Shown here: positions 1 to 11,271 of the stretch, piece after piece
Layout: every line of letters begins with the position of its first letter
Numbering within the stretch: the first letter of the stretch is position 1
From: Bugula neritina
Taxonomy: Eukaryota; Animalia; Bryozoa
DNA length: 64,000 bases
Assembly (NCBI GenBank): GCA_964035545.1
Contig: OZ037773.1
Span: 7,159,751 to 7,223,750, forward strand
Direction: 5' to 3'
The notes under the pieces: generated by a model
The model's database searches: none
Seen by the model: only the letters and a program-made list of their open reading frames with translations
What the model was told of the DNA's origin: nothing
Translations under genes and position numbers: made by a program

Positions 1-75
1 ACCATATACCTGTATACTATATACCTGTATACTATATACCTGCCTACTGTATACCTGTATACTATATACCTGTAG

Positions 76-2202
76 CAATGGACGAAGCAGTAGGCAATCT
101 CACTCAGACTCTGAAAGATTCGGGTCTCCTTGACAATACTATCCTCGTCTTTACCACAGATAACGGTGGCCAGACCCTGTCAGGAGGTAACAACTTCCCA
201 CTGCGAGGTCGCAAGGCTACATACTGGGAAGGAGGTATGTATTACGTTCCCTCTCTGTGTTAGCATATCCTCTGGTACTGAGCCTAACTTTGTGGACTGT
301 GTTGCAAACTGCAGCTAACAGTTTCTATAAATGTCCATTGTGGTAGCCTCTGTGCTTTGCTTCTAGGTGTTCGAGGTAACGGGTTTGTGTATAGCCCCCT
401 ACTCAAGAACCCTGGCTCTACTAGTAAGGAACTCATGCACATCACTGACTGGTACCCGACTTTAGTAAAGTTGGCCGGAGGTTCTATGGCCGGCACCAAA
501 CCTGACGGCTACAACGTCTGGGATTCTATCAACTTGGGAGCTCCTAGTCCTAGAAAGGTGACACTTTTACCTGTAATACTAATAGTCCTAAAAAAGTGGT
601 ACTTTTACCTGTAATACTGAAAGTCCTAGAAAGGTGGTACTTTACCTGTAGGACTGATTACTCTATGAATAATAAGCTATTATATTACTAATATAATATG
701 AATAATAAGTTATTATATCACTGCAATGTAACAAGTTTATAATTTGTCAAGTTGTATTTTATTTAATTTTTTATTCATCTTATTTTCTTTTGATTATATT
801 CTCTTGTAGGATATTTTGCACAACATTGATCCAATGTATAAGAAAAAAGGCAAGTCTGTTTCTAAAGTGTTTGACACGTCTGTTCAGGCAGCTTTGAGAC
901 ACGGCGACTGGAAGATTCTAACTGGTGACCCTGGCTTTGATAGTTGGGTACCTGAGCCCACTCTTTATAGTGACTGTGAGTGTAACTCTTTATATTGTGA
1001 CTGTGAGTGTAACTCTTTATATTGTGACTGTGAGTGTAACTGTTTATAGTGACTGTAACTCTTTATAGTGACTGTGAGTGTAACTCTTTATAGTGACTGT
1101 GAGTGTAACTCTTTATAGTAACTGTGAGTGTAACTGTTTATAGTGACTGTGAGTGTAACTCTTTATAGTGACTGTGAGTGTAACTCTTTATAGTGACTGT
1201 GAGTGTAACTCTTTATAGTAACTGTGAGTGTAACTGTTTATAGTGACTGTGAGTGTAACTCTTTATAGTGACTGTGAGTGTAACTCTTTATAGTGACTGT
1301 AAGTGTAACTCTTTATAGTGACTGTGAGTGTAACTGTTTATAGTGACTCTTTATAGTGGCTGTGGGTGTAACTCTTTATATAGTGACTGTGAGTGTAACT
1401 CTTTATAGTGACTGTGAGTGTAACTGTTTATAATGACGGTGAGTGTAACTGTTTATAGTCACTGTGAGTGTAACTCTTTGTAGTGACTGTGATTGCGACT
1501 CTTTATAGTGACTGTGAGTGCAGTCATACTAGTTTAAGTTACATTTGTGTCAGTATACAGTTAGAGTATTGGTAAACTGTAATTTGTTTCCGGTGGAGAT
1601 GTTGTGGTAGCCAGATTTCTAGAGAATCTTGATTAACTGCATTAGGCTCATTAATGCCTTCATTGCTTGTATTTGCAGCATGTTTGTATTATATTTAACA
1701 TTTATCATATAGATGTACATATGTTGTGTGTATAGTAATAGACAATGCAAGGCCAATATAACAAATAGCCATGTACATGTTTTATGCTACAGATTCCAGA
1801 AGGTTTAACGACTCATCCAATACCAGTTCCAGCAGTGATCAGAATGTGTATCTCTTCAACATAGCGGAAGATCCTACTGAGCATTTTGAGGTGAGGTCGG
1901 GGGCGTGTGTGTAGACTGAGTATAATGTAACTACACCAGTACTCCATATTTCTCCAACACTATCTAGTTATTGTCTGTATGAACTACCTCCACAGATATA
2001 TATCGTGCAATATAGTGTCTGCTATAGTAAGTTATGATGTCATTGTTTCCTACAGGTGAGTGCTAAATACCCGAATGTTGTGGACATGTTACTTTCCCGT
2101 TTAGCTGCGTACAACTCCACAGCAGTGCCAGTGTTCTACCCCGACATTGATAAAAGGTGTAATCCTGCCTTGCATGGAGGCTACTGGGGGCCGTGGCTCT
2201 AG
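76..2202 (+). CDS. ARSB: Arylsulfatase B/I/J-like, last 5 coding exons (5' part outside window); exons 76-234, 367-557, 810-975, 1793-1890, 2056-2202
   Basis: Spliced translation has sulfatase motifs [44 protein letters not shown]|[30 protein letters not shown] and the C-terminal WGPWL*; GT-AG introns with consistent phases. Subfamily (B vs I/J) not resolved. Confidence 0.9.
960..1520 (+). repeat. 25-27 bp minisatellite (CTCTTTATAGTGACTGTGAGTGTAA)n, about 20 units, starting inside arylsulfatase exon 810-975
   Basis: Directly visible tandem array; the unit includes the exon end and the GTGAGT donor. Confidence 0.95.
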
Positions 2203-3606
2203 ACCCCTTCAACCAACATTGCTTCTAGTCTCAGCTCTGCTACACCCAATCTGTCTCAACTTTGTGAACTCATTTTTATGATAATTATAAATTTTTACAT
2301 TTTAAGTTGCTTCGGTAAAAAAAGTGACTTATGAACGCAGTTTTCAATTAACCCTCTCATGGATCTTAAATATTAAAAGATTTTTTTCTATTTGCATTTT
2401 AAAATTATTTCATATTATCTCAGAATAGTGCACCATAATAGTAGATCATAGTTTCTTATGATATAAACATGACTTGATACATATTTTTTTTTTATTTAAC
2501 ATTTTCCCACTCATTGCATAGTCAATTTATACACTTTATTCTTGAAACACAATAAACCACGAGTACTTAAATCTAGTCATTTATAGTGTGTTATCGTATG
2601 AACAGCAGTCTTACTCTGTATTATCACTAGTTAACTTACTTGATCACACTGAGTTTGTCTAAATATCAATTTTACATGATGCTAGTTTAATCTAATTACT
2701 TTGTATGTATAGCATTTAAATATTTCAAAGATGTTTTTTACTCTTGTTAAATAAGAAGTTACTAGAACAAATGGAATGTTAGGATACTCTGCTCACCATC
2801 CTCCAATAAGGAGGGTTATTATTCGAATTCTGTGTTTTTATTAGTCGAATAAGCTAAGTTGGAAATGAGCTGATTGTGGTTGAACAACTTCCCAACCTTC
2901 CACAGAGTAGAAGGATTCGTACTGAGACTAAGGTGTAACTACAGTAGGCCTAAATTACTCGTAAGCTGAGTTGATGAGAGTGGTTATACAAGTATAGTTA
3001 GTTAGCAGGAATAAGGGAATAAGATAGGAGTTCATAAATCTAACTATAATTTTTATTTACAAAAGATAAAACATTATATAATATTTATATAAAATATTAT
3101 ATAAATATATTATTTTCTTGACTAGAAGATGATGCTGAAAGGAGGAATCCCGTAAAAATAAATTTATCTAAAGCCACCTGGTGTCTTATTTGTGTATGAG
3201 GCCCAGCTTTGAATATATGTGGACATGGAAAAAAGGTATCATAACTCCAGAAAGGTGGGCTTTCTGACTCATGCATGTAGCTAGCAATGCAAAGAAAAGC
3301 TTTAAAAGCTTTAAGGTTTTAAAGCTACTCTTTGCTTTTTTAGCTAGCTATGAGATGTTAGCTTAGATATTCTCCATTTGCTATACAAAAAAAATAGAGG
3401 TAAGCTCAAGTTTGTAAAATTTACTCTGCAGCTATATGTTAATTTTAAAGTTTTATATTAATTACTAATGTTTTGTGTCATTGCATACATTTAAAGTTAA
3501 TCTTCAAAAATATTTTTATTAGTTCAGTTATTGCTGCATATGCAATAATGAGAACTAAAAACTAACCTATGATAATTTTAGAGTTGAGAATTTTTTAAAT
3601 TTAAAA

Positions 3607-6263
3607 ATGGTTGAAAGAAGTGACAAGCAGCCGAACACAGCTGACATTGTGATGAGCAGCATTTCCAACATGTGAGTGTCTGTTGATGATTATTATTAAA
3701 GTACAGAAAGCAAATCAACTATTCTATAGCTTTTTAATTTTACATTAGATGACACTTACTATAATATAAACAAATTTTTGCATATATTGTAACTTAAAGC
3801 CTAATACAACTCAAAAAAATGTTGCTAATTGCAAACTTTACACTTTTCTGCTCACTAAAAGTATTAAAAATTAAATTTCAGGTTAGAAAGACGAGCTAGC
3901 ACATTTGAAAGCCATTTCATAGACTTTGAGTTCAACAGAGTCCTACAGCCTCAACCCAAACTTGCATTCATGAAGGCAGTTTTCAAAGAGATGACTAAGA
4001 ATGACTTGGAAAGTTTCAAGAACTTTGCTAATGCTATTGAAATGTTGGGTGAGTGAAAATAAGCTTGGAAAATCTGTTAGGCAAGATAAATTATCGCATC
4101 ACCAATGGTACCATACATACAAGGTACCATACATACAAGGTGTCATACATACATGGCGTCATACATACATTGTGTCATACATACATTGTGTCATACATAC
4201 ATTGTGTCATACATACATGGTGTCATAAATACAAGGTCTCACACATCCATTATGTCATATATACATGGTGTCATACATACATGGTGTCATACATACATTG
4301 CGTTATACATTGTGTCATTCTTTGTGTCACCTACTATAGCAACCAGGGAAAGAGGCTTGTGGTCCTACATGTTGAGTTGCAGTACAGAAACTTACAGAAT
4401 GAACAATATGGGCTTTCATCACTTTTTAGCCAGAAATCCTATCACAATACAGTTAAAGGAAACTATAACCTGGGAAAATATTGCTGCTGTAAGTATTACA
4501 CAGCACGTCTACCTTATACTTCAACTTGTTTCACAGAAATGCTTGAGTTTATACAAGTATGTATGTGTCAAGTTCAATACTTGAAGGTTGACAGCTTTGA
4601 GTCTCAATAAAGCATTGTTTGAAAACAGATTTATATTTTTGTGTAAATTGGTACTTGGTCAAAGATAAAAACATTCCCCCCCCCCCCCCCCGGCCATTTC
4701 AGCAGGCATGCCAAATTTTTTGTTTTGTAACTCTTATAATGCTTTTAGTACTAAAGTTTATGTAGTGTTGATTGTGCATTTTTGAATACTACTTGTACAT
4801 TACAGTTTATCAAATTTATAATATCCGATATGATAATATTTGCAAATTCAAATTAGTCATGAATTTGATAAATTCTGTCTTTCATTTATACTAGGTAATA
4901 GTTACAGCTCTGCTTATGACACTTGTTCCTGTATGCCATGTAATAACTGCATGGCACTATACAAGCATGCACTTGGTCCTACATGTCATGTAATAACTGC
5001 ATGACACTAGACAAGTACTTGTTCCTGTATGTCATGTAATAACTGTATTGCATTCAGTCAATAAACCTGCGTAGCTGTGAATAGGTGTGCTAGGCTGTTG
5101 ATTGCATTTGGAACTATTTAGAACATGTTTGGATCTTGATTTGCATGGATACTTTTGCAGTTGCTTGCGCTGATGGGAAGAGCTGCATGTGAATGTCTGT
5201 ACATAGTAGGAAATTCAACCCGAGTAGAAGGGATGATACAATGGTGTGTAGGTTTCTTTGATATTCCATTAAAACAAGGTGTCAGTATCAACGAGTGGAT
5301 CGATTCAGCTGGGGGTTGGGTAAGTTGATAGCCTGCAGGGGAGAAAACCGGAAAGTATGTCAAAAATACTACAGTTATGTTATTATGAAATGATGTTTAG
5401 CTTCTTTTGCCAAGGAGGTAGTTGATCAGCTCCAACAGTGTCAGCAAAGTAACAATAAAATGTGTTGATTCCTTATTGGTTACTCATTCTTCTACTAAAA
5501 TGTATTACAATATATGTTGGTGCAATTTATAAACCAATGTTTTGCTCATTTTTGACTTAAGTTTTATTTGTGTTGTCATACACAAAGCATTGTGGTGCCT
5601 TGGGGTTTTGCATTATTAGAACTTAATATTAAGTTTCATGAGCTACAGAGTCCATAGATTTGATATGTGAAGAAATCTAATATGAAACTAATTTCTCTTG
5701 CCCTTGCCATGTGATCATGTTTTAGGTTTAAAAAAATAAAAGAGAAATAAACTGACTGTTTTGTCACACTTGGTAATAATTTTCTTTGTATTCTCTAGAG
5801 TAAAATATTTCATGAGATGCACAACCTGCAGAGCCAGGCATTTAGGAACAAGACAGATGGTTACGGAAGCACCAGCTCAGAGAGCCACCAGGAACCATCA
5901 CATGGTGACTCATTCCCTCCAGAGTGCATGAAGAGAGACAGTCCTAGAGGCTTTCTGCAGTCTCCATGTGACCGGACCACCATGGTAGCCAGGCTACATG
6001 GCTCTCCTCTCCAGATGTTGGATAAAGCAAGTCAAGATGTGAACAGCTCTAAGAGAAGAGGATTCTATCAGATTCCTCAACCTACAGCTGGAGCAAATGG
6101 CGTTCAGCTGGAAGGAAACTATTCTTTATTTCAGGGTCTCATTTCAGTGGCACAGACAGATCTCTCTGTAAAGCCTGAACCTCCCTTTCAAATATTTCAT
6201 TCAACTTCACAGTCCTATATTTCAGGATTTTACACAGTTCCCCAGTTCCCCTATAGACTTTAG
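3607..6263 (+). CDS. Divergent Bcl-2-family protein, paralog A (about 334 aa); exons 3607-3671, 3882-4048, 4340-4488, 5161-5319, 5799-6263
   Basis: Open spliced frame: MVERSDKQPNTADIVMSSISNMLERR (BH4-like) ... ETITWENIAA|LLALMGRAACECL (BH1-like) ... SINEWIDSAGGW| (BH2) with a phase-0 intron right after GGW. Exon lengths 167/149/159 are identical in paralog B. AATAAA at 6470. Confidence 0.85.
4105..4320 (+). repeat. 16-bp intronic minisatellite (TGTCATACATACATTG-like) in intron 2 of paralog A
   Basis: Visible tandem array; absent from the equivalent intron of paralog B. Confidence 0.85.
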
Positions 6264-8217
6264 CTCTCCTATTTTGTTGTAAGTTTAATATTATGAGCTT
6301 TCTTTATTTGTTGATTTTCTATGTCAGTTATAGAACTTTTAGTTGCAACTTCTTAGTGTTGCATTGTCATATGTCAATTTTATTTGAAACTTGTAAACTA
6401 TGTCGTTGAATGTTTCAGCTTTTGTTTCAAGTACTTAATCTCTGTTAGACTTTTGGCGCATCATTTTTCAATAAATTTTGTATTGAAGTTTCCAACATTT
6501 AAAAGTTTACTCTGTCATACACAGCATTGTCACAAGCAATAAACAAAACACTTGAAGTCTCTTAGTAAGTTTGAGTAAGTTTAAAAATACCTAAAAGAAA
6601 TAAGTATTAACTCATGGGTTTAAAAAAGCTCAACATTTGATACTAGAGACAGTATTTCTACATATACATATTTTATGTGTAGAGTAGTTAATATCTGTTA
6701 TGTATAGATACAGCAAAAGGTGTTTGAGATAAATGACACTAATATAACACAGTTGATATCATATACTAACTGCATACAGTTCTACTACCTGACTAGCAAA
6801 ACTGAGTCTTATTGAGTGACGGGAAATAATCATGAAGTAGTCAAAATTAAGCCTTTTAGGGCATTCAATACACTGTGCACTGGCTAGATTATAATTCCCT
6901 ATGGTAGCAGAACTAAACGCAACAAATTCTCAAACAATTTTGTAATCTAATCTTCATTTCATATAAAACACTTATTTGGAGTGTTTTTTAACAGAGGCTG
7001 CTGCATGCCCAATGCTTCTATTTATAGCACGTAATGCAAATATGTTTTAGATCATTCTATATTTCTGCCTGGTTATTATTTTTTGTGAAGTGTGTCAGAT
7101 ATTTTTTTTAAAATCTCTAAATAAAAATTATAGTACTTGTAGCTTTCAATCGAATGAAAGCAAAAAGCTTTTCGATTGTAAAGCTACTCTTTGCTTATAG
7201 CTAGACCTCAGAGTAATACTAACTTAGACACTTTACGTTCTCTGTTCAGAAAAAATCATATTACACTAAGGTTTGTACAACTTACTTGTAAAATCTTTCA
7301 ATTTACTATTTTAAAAGCTGGGATTTGTATCGATCATCATTTAATGCAAACCATTATATTATATAATCCAATATGATTCTCAATAGCTTAGCAAATAATG
7401 TTTTCTTATCTATTTATTTTATTATGCAATGATTATAATTAAAATATCACTTCAGAAAACTCTATTTACTACCTAGAAAAAAGCCAATCATAAGTTTGTA
7501 AAAAAGTTATGCTGAAATGTGTGTGTGTGTGTGTTTTATTTTCATCATAACATAGTGTTTTACAACTAGGATAATTTACAAGAGCAGAACAAGCAATTAG
7601 AAAAGAAACATAGTAACAAATAACAGTATATCAAAATAAGCTGTCGGAAATGACAGCTTATTTTGATATGTTTTTGTTTACTGATTTAAATGTTATTTTT
7701 ATCTAATATGTTTTTATATTTATAACCAATCTGATACCCATCAGGCCATTCCAAGTCAAGAGAAAGGTTAGGCAACTCCGATGAAGCTAAACTCATGTTT
7801 ATATTTAGGCCTCTTTTAGCACCAGAGTAGAAAATGTGGGACTCTCGATTAGAACTGAATACCTTGTCAGCTGACTCTCCTTTGCCTGTTATATCTTAGT
7901 TCTGCATGTATTTGTTAAGAGAGTAGATCGAGAAAAGTGAAGCAAGTTTTACTTTAAACCAATTTGTCAGCAGCTTCAAAAGTGAAGTCATTTATATGTG
8001 AAAAATGTCAATTTGCTTATGAAATTGTAAATATAGAAGAAAATATCAAGTTGAAAGATGAAAACAGTATATAAACATTAAAATTTTAATATGGTATCAC
8101 AATAGGAAAAACCTTTTTATTAATCTGTTTTGCTTTTTTCCATATAACAATGAAGATATGCATGTTCATTTTAGAATAAATAATTTTAAAAAGATTTAGT
8201 TAGTCAAAAAAGTGGAG

Positions 8218-10295
8218 ATGAGTGAAGAAAAGCCAGATACAGCCGACATTATAATATGCAGCGTCCTGAACACGTAAGTGGCCTACTGATAGATCAATGA
8301 CAATTTATAGAAAGTAAACCATTACAGCTTCATTTCTACTATGTGTCATTTGATGCAGCTCATTTTTCAACTAAAACCTTAAACCACCCTGATTATTGAT
8401 GAAAATCTAAAAAGACAGGTTTGGCCTACAGCATTATTAGTTAGTCAATGTTCTGTTGCTAAACTTAACATGTTGGAAATTAAATTTTAGATTGGAAAGA
8501 CAGAAGATGGTGTTTGAAAACCATTTTATAGACCTACAGTTCAACAGATCCTTGCAGCCCCAACCAAAGCTTGCATTCATGAGGGTGGTTCTCCAAGCGA
8601 TGACCAAGAATGACTTGACGAATTTCAGAAACTTTGCTAATACAATAGAAATGTTGGGTAAGAAAGGTAGATTGATCACATTTGTTTAGATAGATATTTA
8701 TTGCTCCTTCTGCACACGGTACCATTCTAATAACAAGTTCCTAAAATCATTAACGGCAAAAGAGAAACTTGAGATGCTTCATATAATATGTCAATATATA
8801 ACAATGACCCATCTTAATCTAAAGCTAGATAAATAAGTTTTTTTGCTATTTTTCTATAGCAATTTGTTATCATTTTAAAATATAAATTGTGATGTCGTTT
8901 TGTACAACTGCCACTGTATTTTGAATGTCTCACTTGAGTTAGATTCGTGTGGTATGTCATAATAGTCAGGCATTGAATTATTGTATAGTAACACCTAGTA
9001 TAAACAGCCGTTTCTATAGCAACCAGAGAAGGAAGCACATGGTCTGACCTCTTGAGTTGCAGAATAGAGGCTTTCCAAATGACTCATGAGATGTTTCAGG
9101 ACTTCCTGACAAAAAATCCTATCACAGAACAACTGACTGAAAATGTGACTTGGGAAAATATTGCTGGAGTAAGTACCGTGCAGTGAGTCTAGTACATAAG
9201 CTAGCAGCTAACAAAGTTGTCGTTAACCTAATTTTACCAAAGTTTGAACCAAACTTCAACATTTATGGTTTCAAGCTGTGTACCAAGTGACAAAGGTTTT
9301 TTCATCAACCAGTCTGTATTGCAATGAACTATGATATATAAATATGTGTAAACTATGTATATGTAAACTTCAATATTCTTAGTTTGAGACACAAGTAAAT
9401 GTTGTGATATCTTATGATGATACAAACTCTAAGTGGTGAATTATTCACTTTTACTGTGCCATTTTCCAACCCCTATAACTGGTGACACTTGTTCCTGCAT
9501 GTCATGTAATTAATGTATGGCACTAAAGAAGCACGTGCTCTTGAACTCCATGTAATAAATGTTTTATTTGGTTACACTTTCGGTCAATAAACTGGTGTGT
9601 TTTAAGCTGTTATGTACTTCTTAGATTTTTCAAAACCTGTACGTATCTTGATTTGCATGGATACTTTTGCAGTTGCTTGCACTGGTGGGGAGAGCTGCCT
9701 GTGAATGTCTGTACATAGTAGGAAACTCAACCCGAGTAGAAGGGATGATACAATGGTGTGTAGGTTTCTTTGATATTCCATTAAAACAAGGTGTCAGTAT
9801 CAACGAGTGGATCAATTCAGCTGGAGGTTGGGTGAGTTGATAGCCTGCAGGGGAGGCAATCGCAAAGTATGTCAGAAATATTACAGTTATGCTATTATGA
9901 AATAATGCTTAAATCTAATTTTATTTTAAGCTAAAAGCTGTGCAACCATTTAATAAGAAATCAATCCTTTTTTGCTTGTTATGCATATTTATGTAGATAT
10001 CACCTAATGTTTTACATGATGTGTAATATAATGCAGTTATTATAGGCCTATTGCTGTTAATATAGTAAAGTTATTGTATCGTTGTTATTATAATACAGTT
10101 ATTATATTATATCTATTGTATAGTGGTCAATATATTAGTGTGAAAAATGTAAATCTATGTTAAATACTAACAGTTCATGTTATCTTATATTAGTTCTGTT
10201 TTCTCCAGAAGCAAATATTCCATGAGATGCAAAGAGTACAAAGCCAGACTTTAAAGGGAAGAAAAAATAGTTCGATACCAGAAGTAAATAAGTAG
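8218..10295 (+). CDS. Divergent Bcl-2-family protein, paralog B (about 205 aa); exons 8218-8273, 8491-8657, 9020-9168, 9673-9831, 10209-10295
   Basis: MSEEKPDTADIIICSVLNTLERQ ... ENVTWENIAG|LLALVGRAACECL ... SINEWINSAGGW|KQIFHEMQ..EVNK*; same intron positions and phases as paralog A; AATAAA at 10845. Confidence 0.85.
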
Positions 10296-11271
10296 CCAGC
10301 TTTATACCGAGCGGGGCCAACACTTTCAGAGTTTAAAGGAAAGAGCAGCCCTAAAAGTCCTTTATAATCTCCATGTGACCAGACCACCATGGTAGCCAGG
10401 CCACATGGCTCTCTTCTCCAGATGTTGGATAAAGCAAGTCAAGATGTAAACAGCCTTAAGAGAAGAAAGTTCCATCAGATTCCTCAACCTCCAGCTGGAG
10501 CAAATGGCGTTCAACTATTCTCTCTTTCAGAGTCTCATTTCAGTGGCACAGGCAGATCTCTCTGTAAAACCTGAACCTCCCTTTCAAATATTTCACTCAT
10601 AGTCCTATACTTCAGGATTTCTTCTCTCGCTGCATTTTCCTAAAAGTCTTCAGATTAATTGACAATTGAGTTGGTTTCTAATAATTTCTTCGCAAAGTAT
10701 TAGTTAAAAGTTTAAAGTTTTATGTATTGCTATGCTATGCTATATGTCAGCTTCATTTACAACTTTTGAGTCTGGTTAAAGGTTGACATTTCTGGTGCAA
10801 GTTTCTTATGCAATTCTTGATTAAAAGTTTAGTGCAGAATTTTCAATAAATCTAGTCTTGATTTCAAAAACTTGGTTACATCTGTTTTAGGAATAGTCAA
10901 CATTCTTAGACTATATAATGTACCAAACAAACCTTCTGAAATTTTACATACGGCAATAACTTATTTCTAAAATTATGATGGGAAATAATTACTCTAAGAA
11001 AAATTGTGACAAGATTTCAACTTTAGTAAAAGTGCAATTCATACACATTGAACTAGCACTGCATACATAACATAGCATACCTACACCTTGTATATTTAGG
11101 GTTGTGTCCTTTTTATTAACTTTTTTGTATTTATAAAACTAGACTTAAAGCTGTGATCTACCCCTAGTGTACTTGTCATACAATGCTAGCAGATTCTTCC
11201 TTCGAGGAATAATTTACATCTGATTCTAAATATTCTAACTCCAAGACAATTGGTTAATCGTTAGAACACAT

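Noticed and set aside
4001-4610. Long overlapping ORFs rich in H/T/Y/C (likewise 17448-18034, 21814-22575, 60582-60858)
   Set aside because: Mostly translations of stop-free intronic minisatellites; only the parts overlapping the listed exons are coding.
5118-5363. Duplicated minus-strand ORFs (also 9630-9815)
   Set aside because: Antisense shadows of the Bcl-2-like BH2 exon; differences fall mostly at plus-strand third codon positions.
10293-10370. Programmed readthrough of paralog B's TAG
   Set aside because: The context does not match known readthrough motifs, and a second stop and a frameshift follow.
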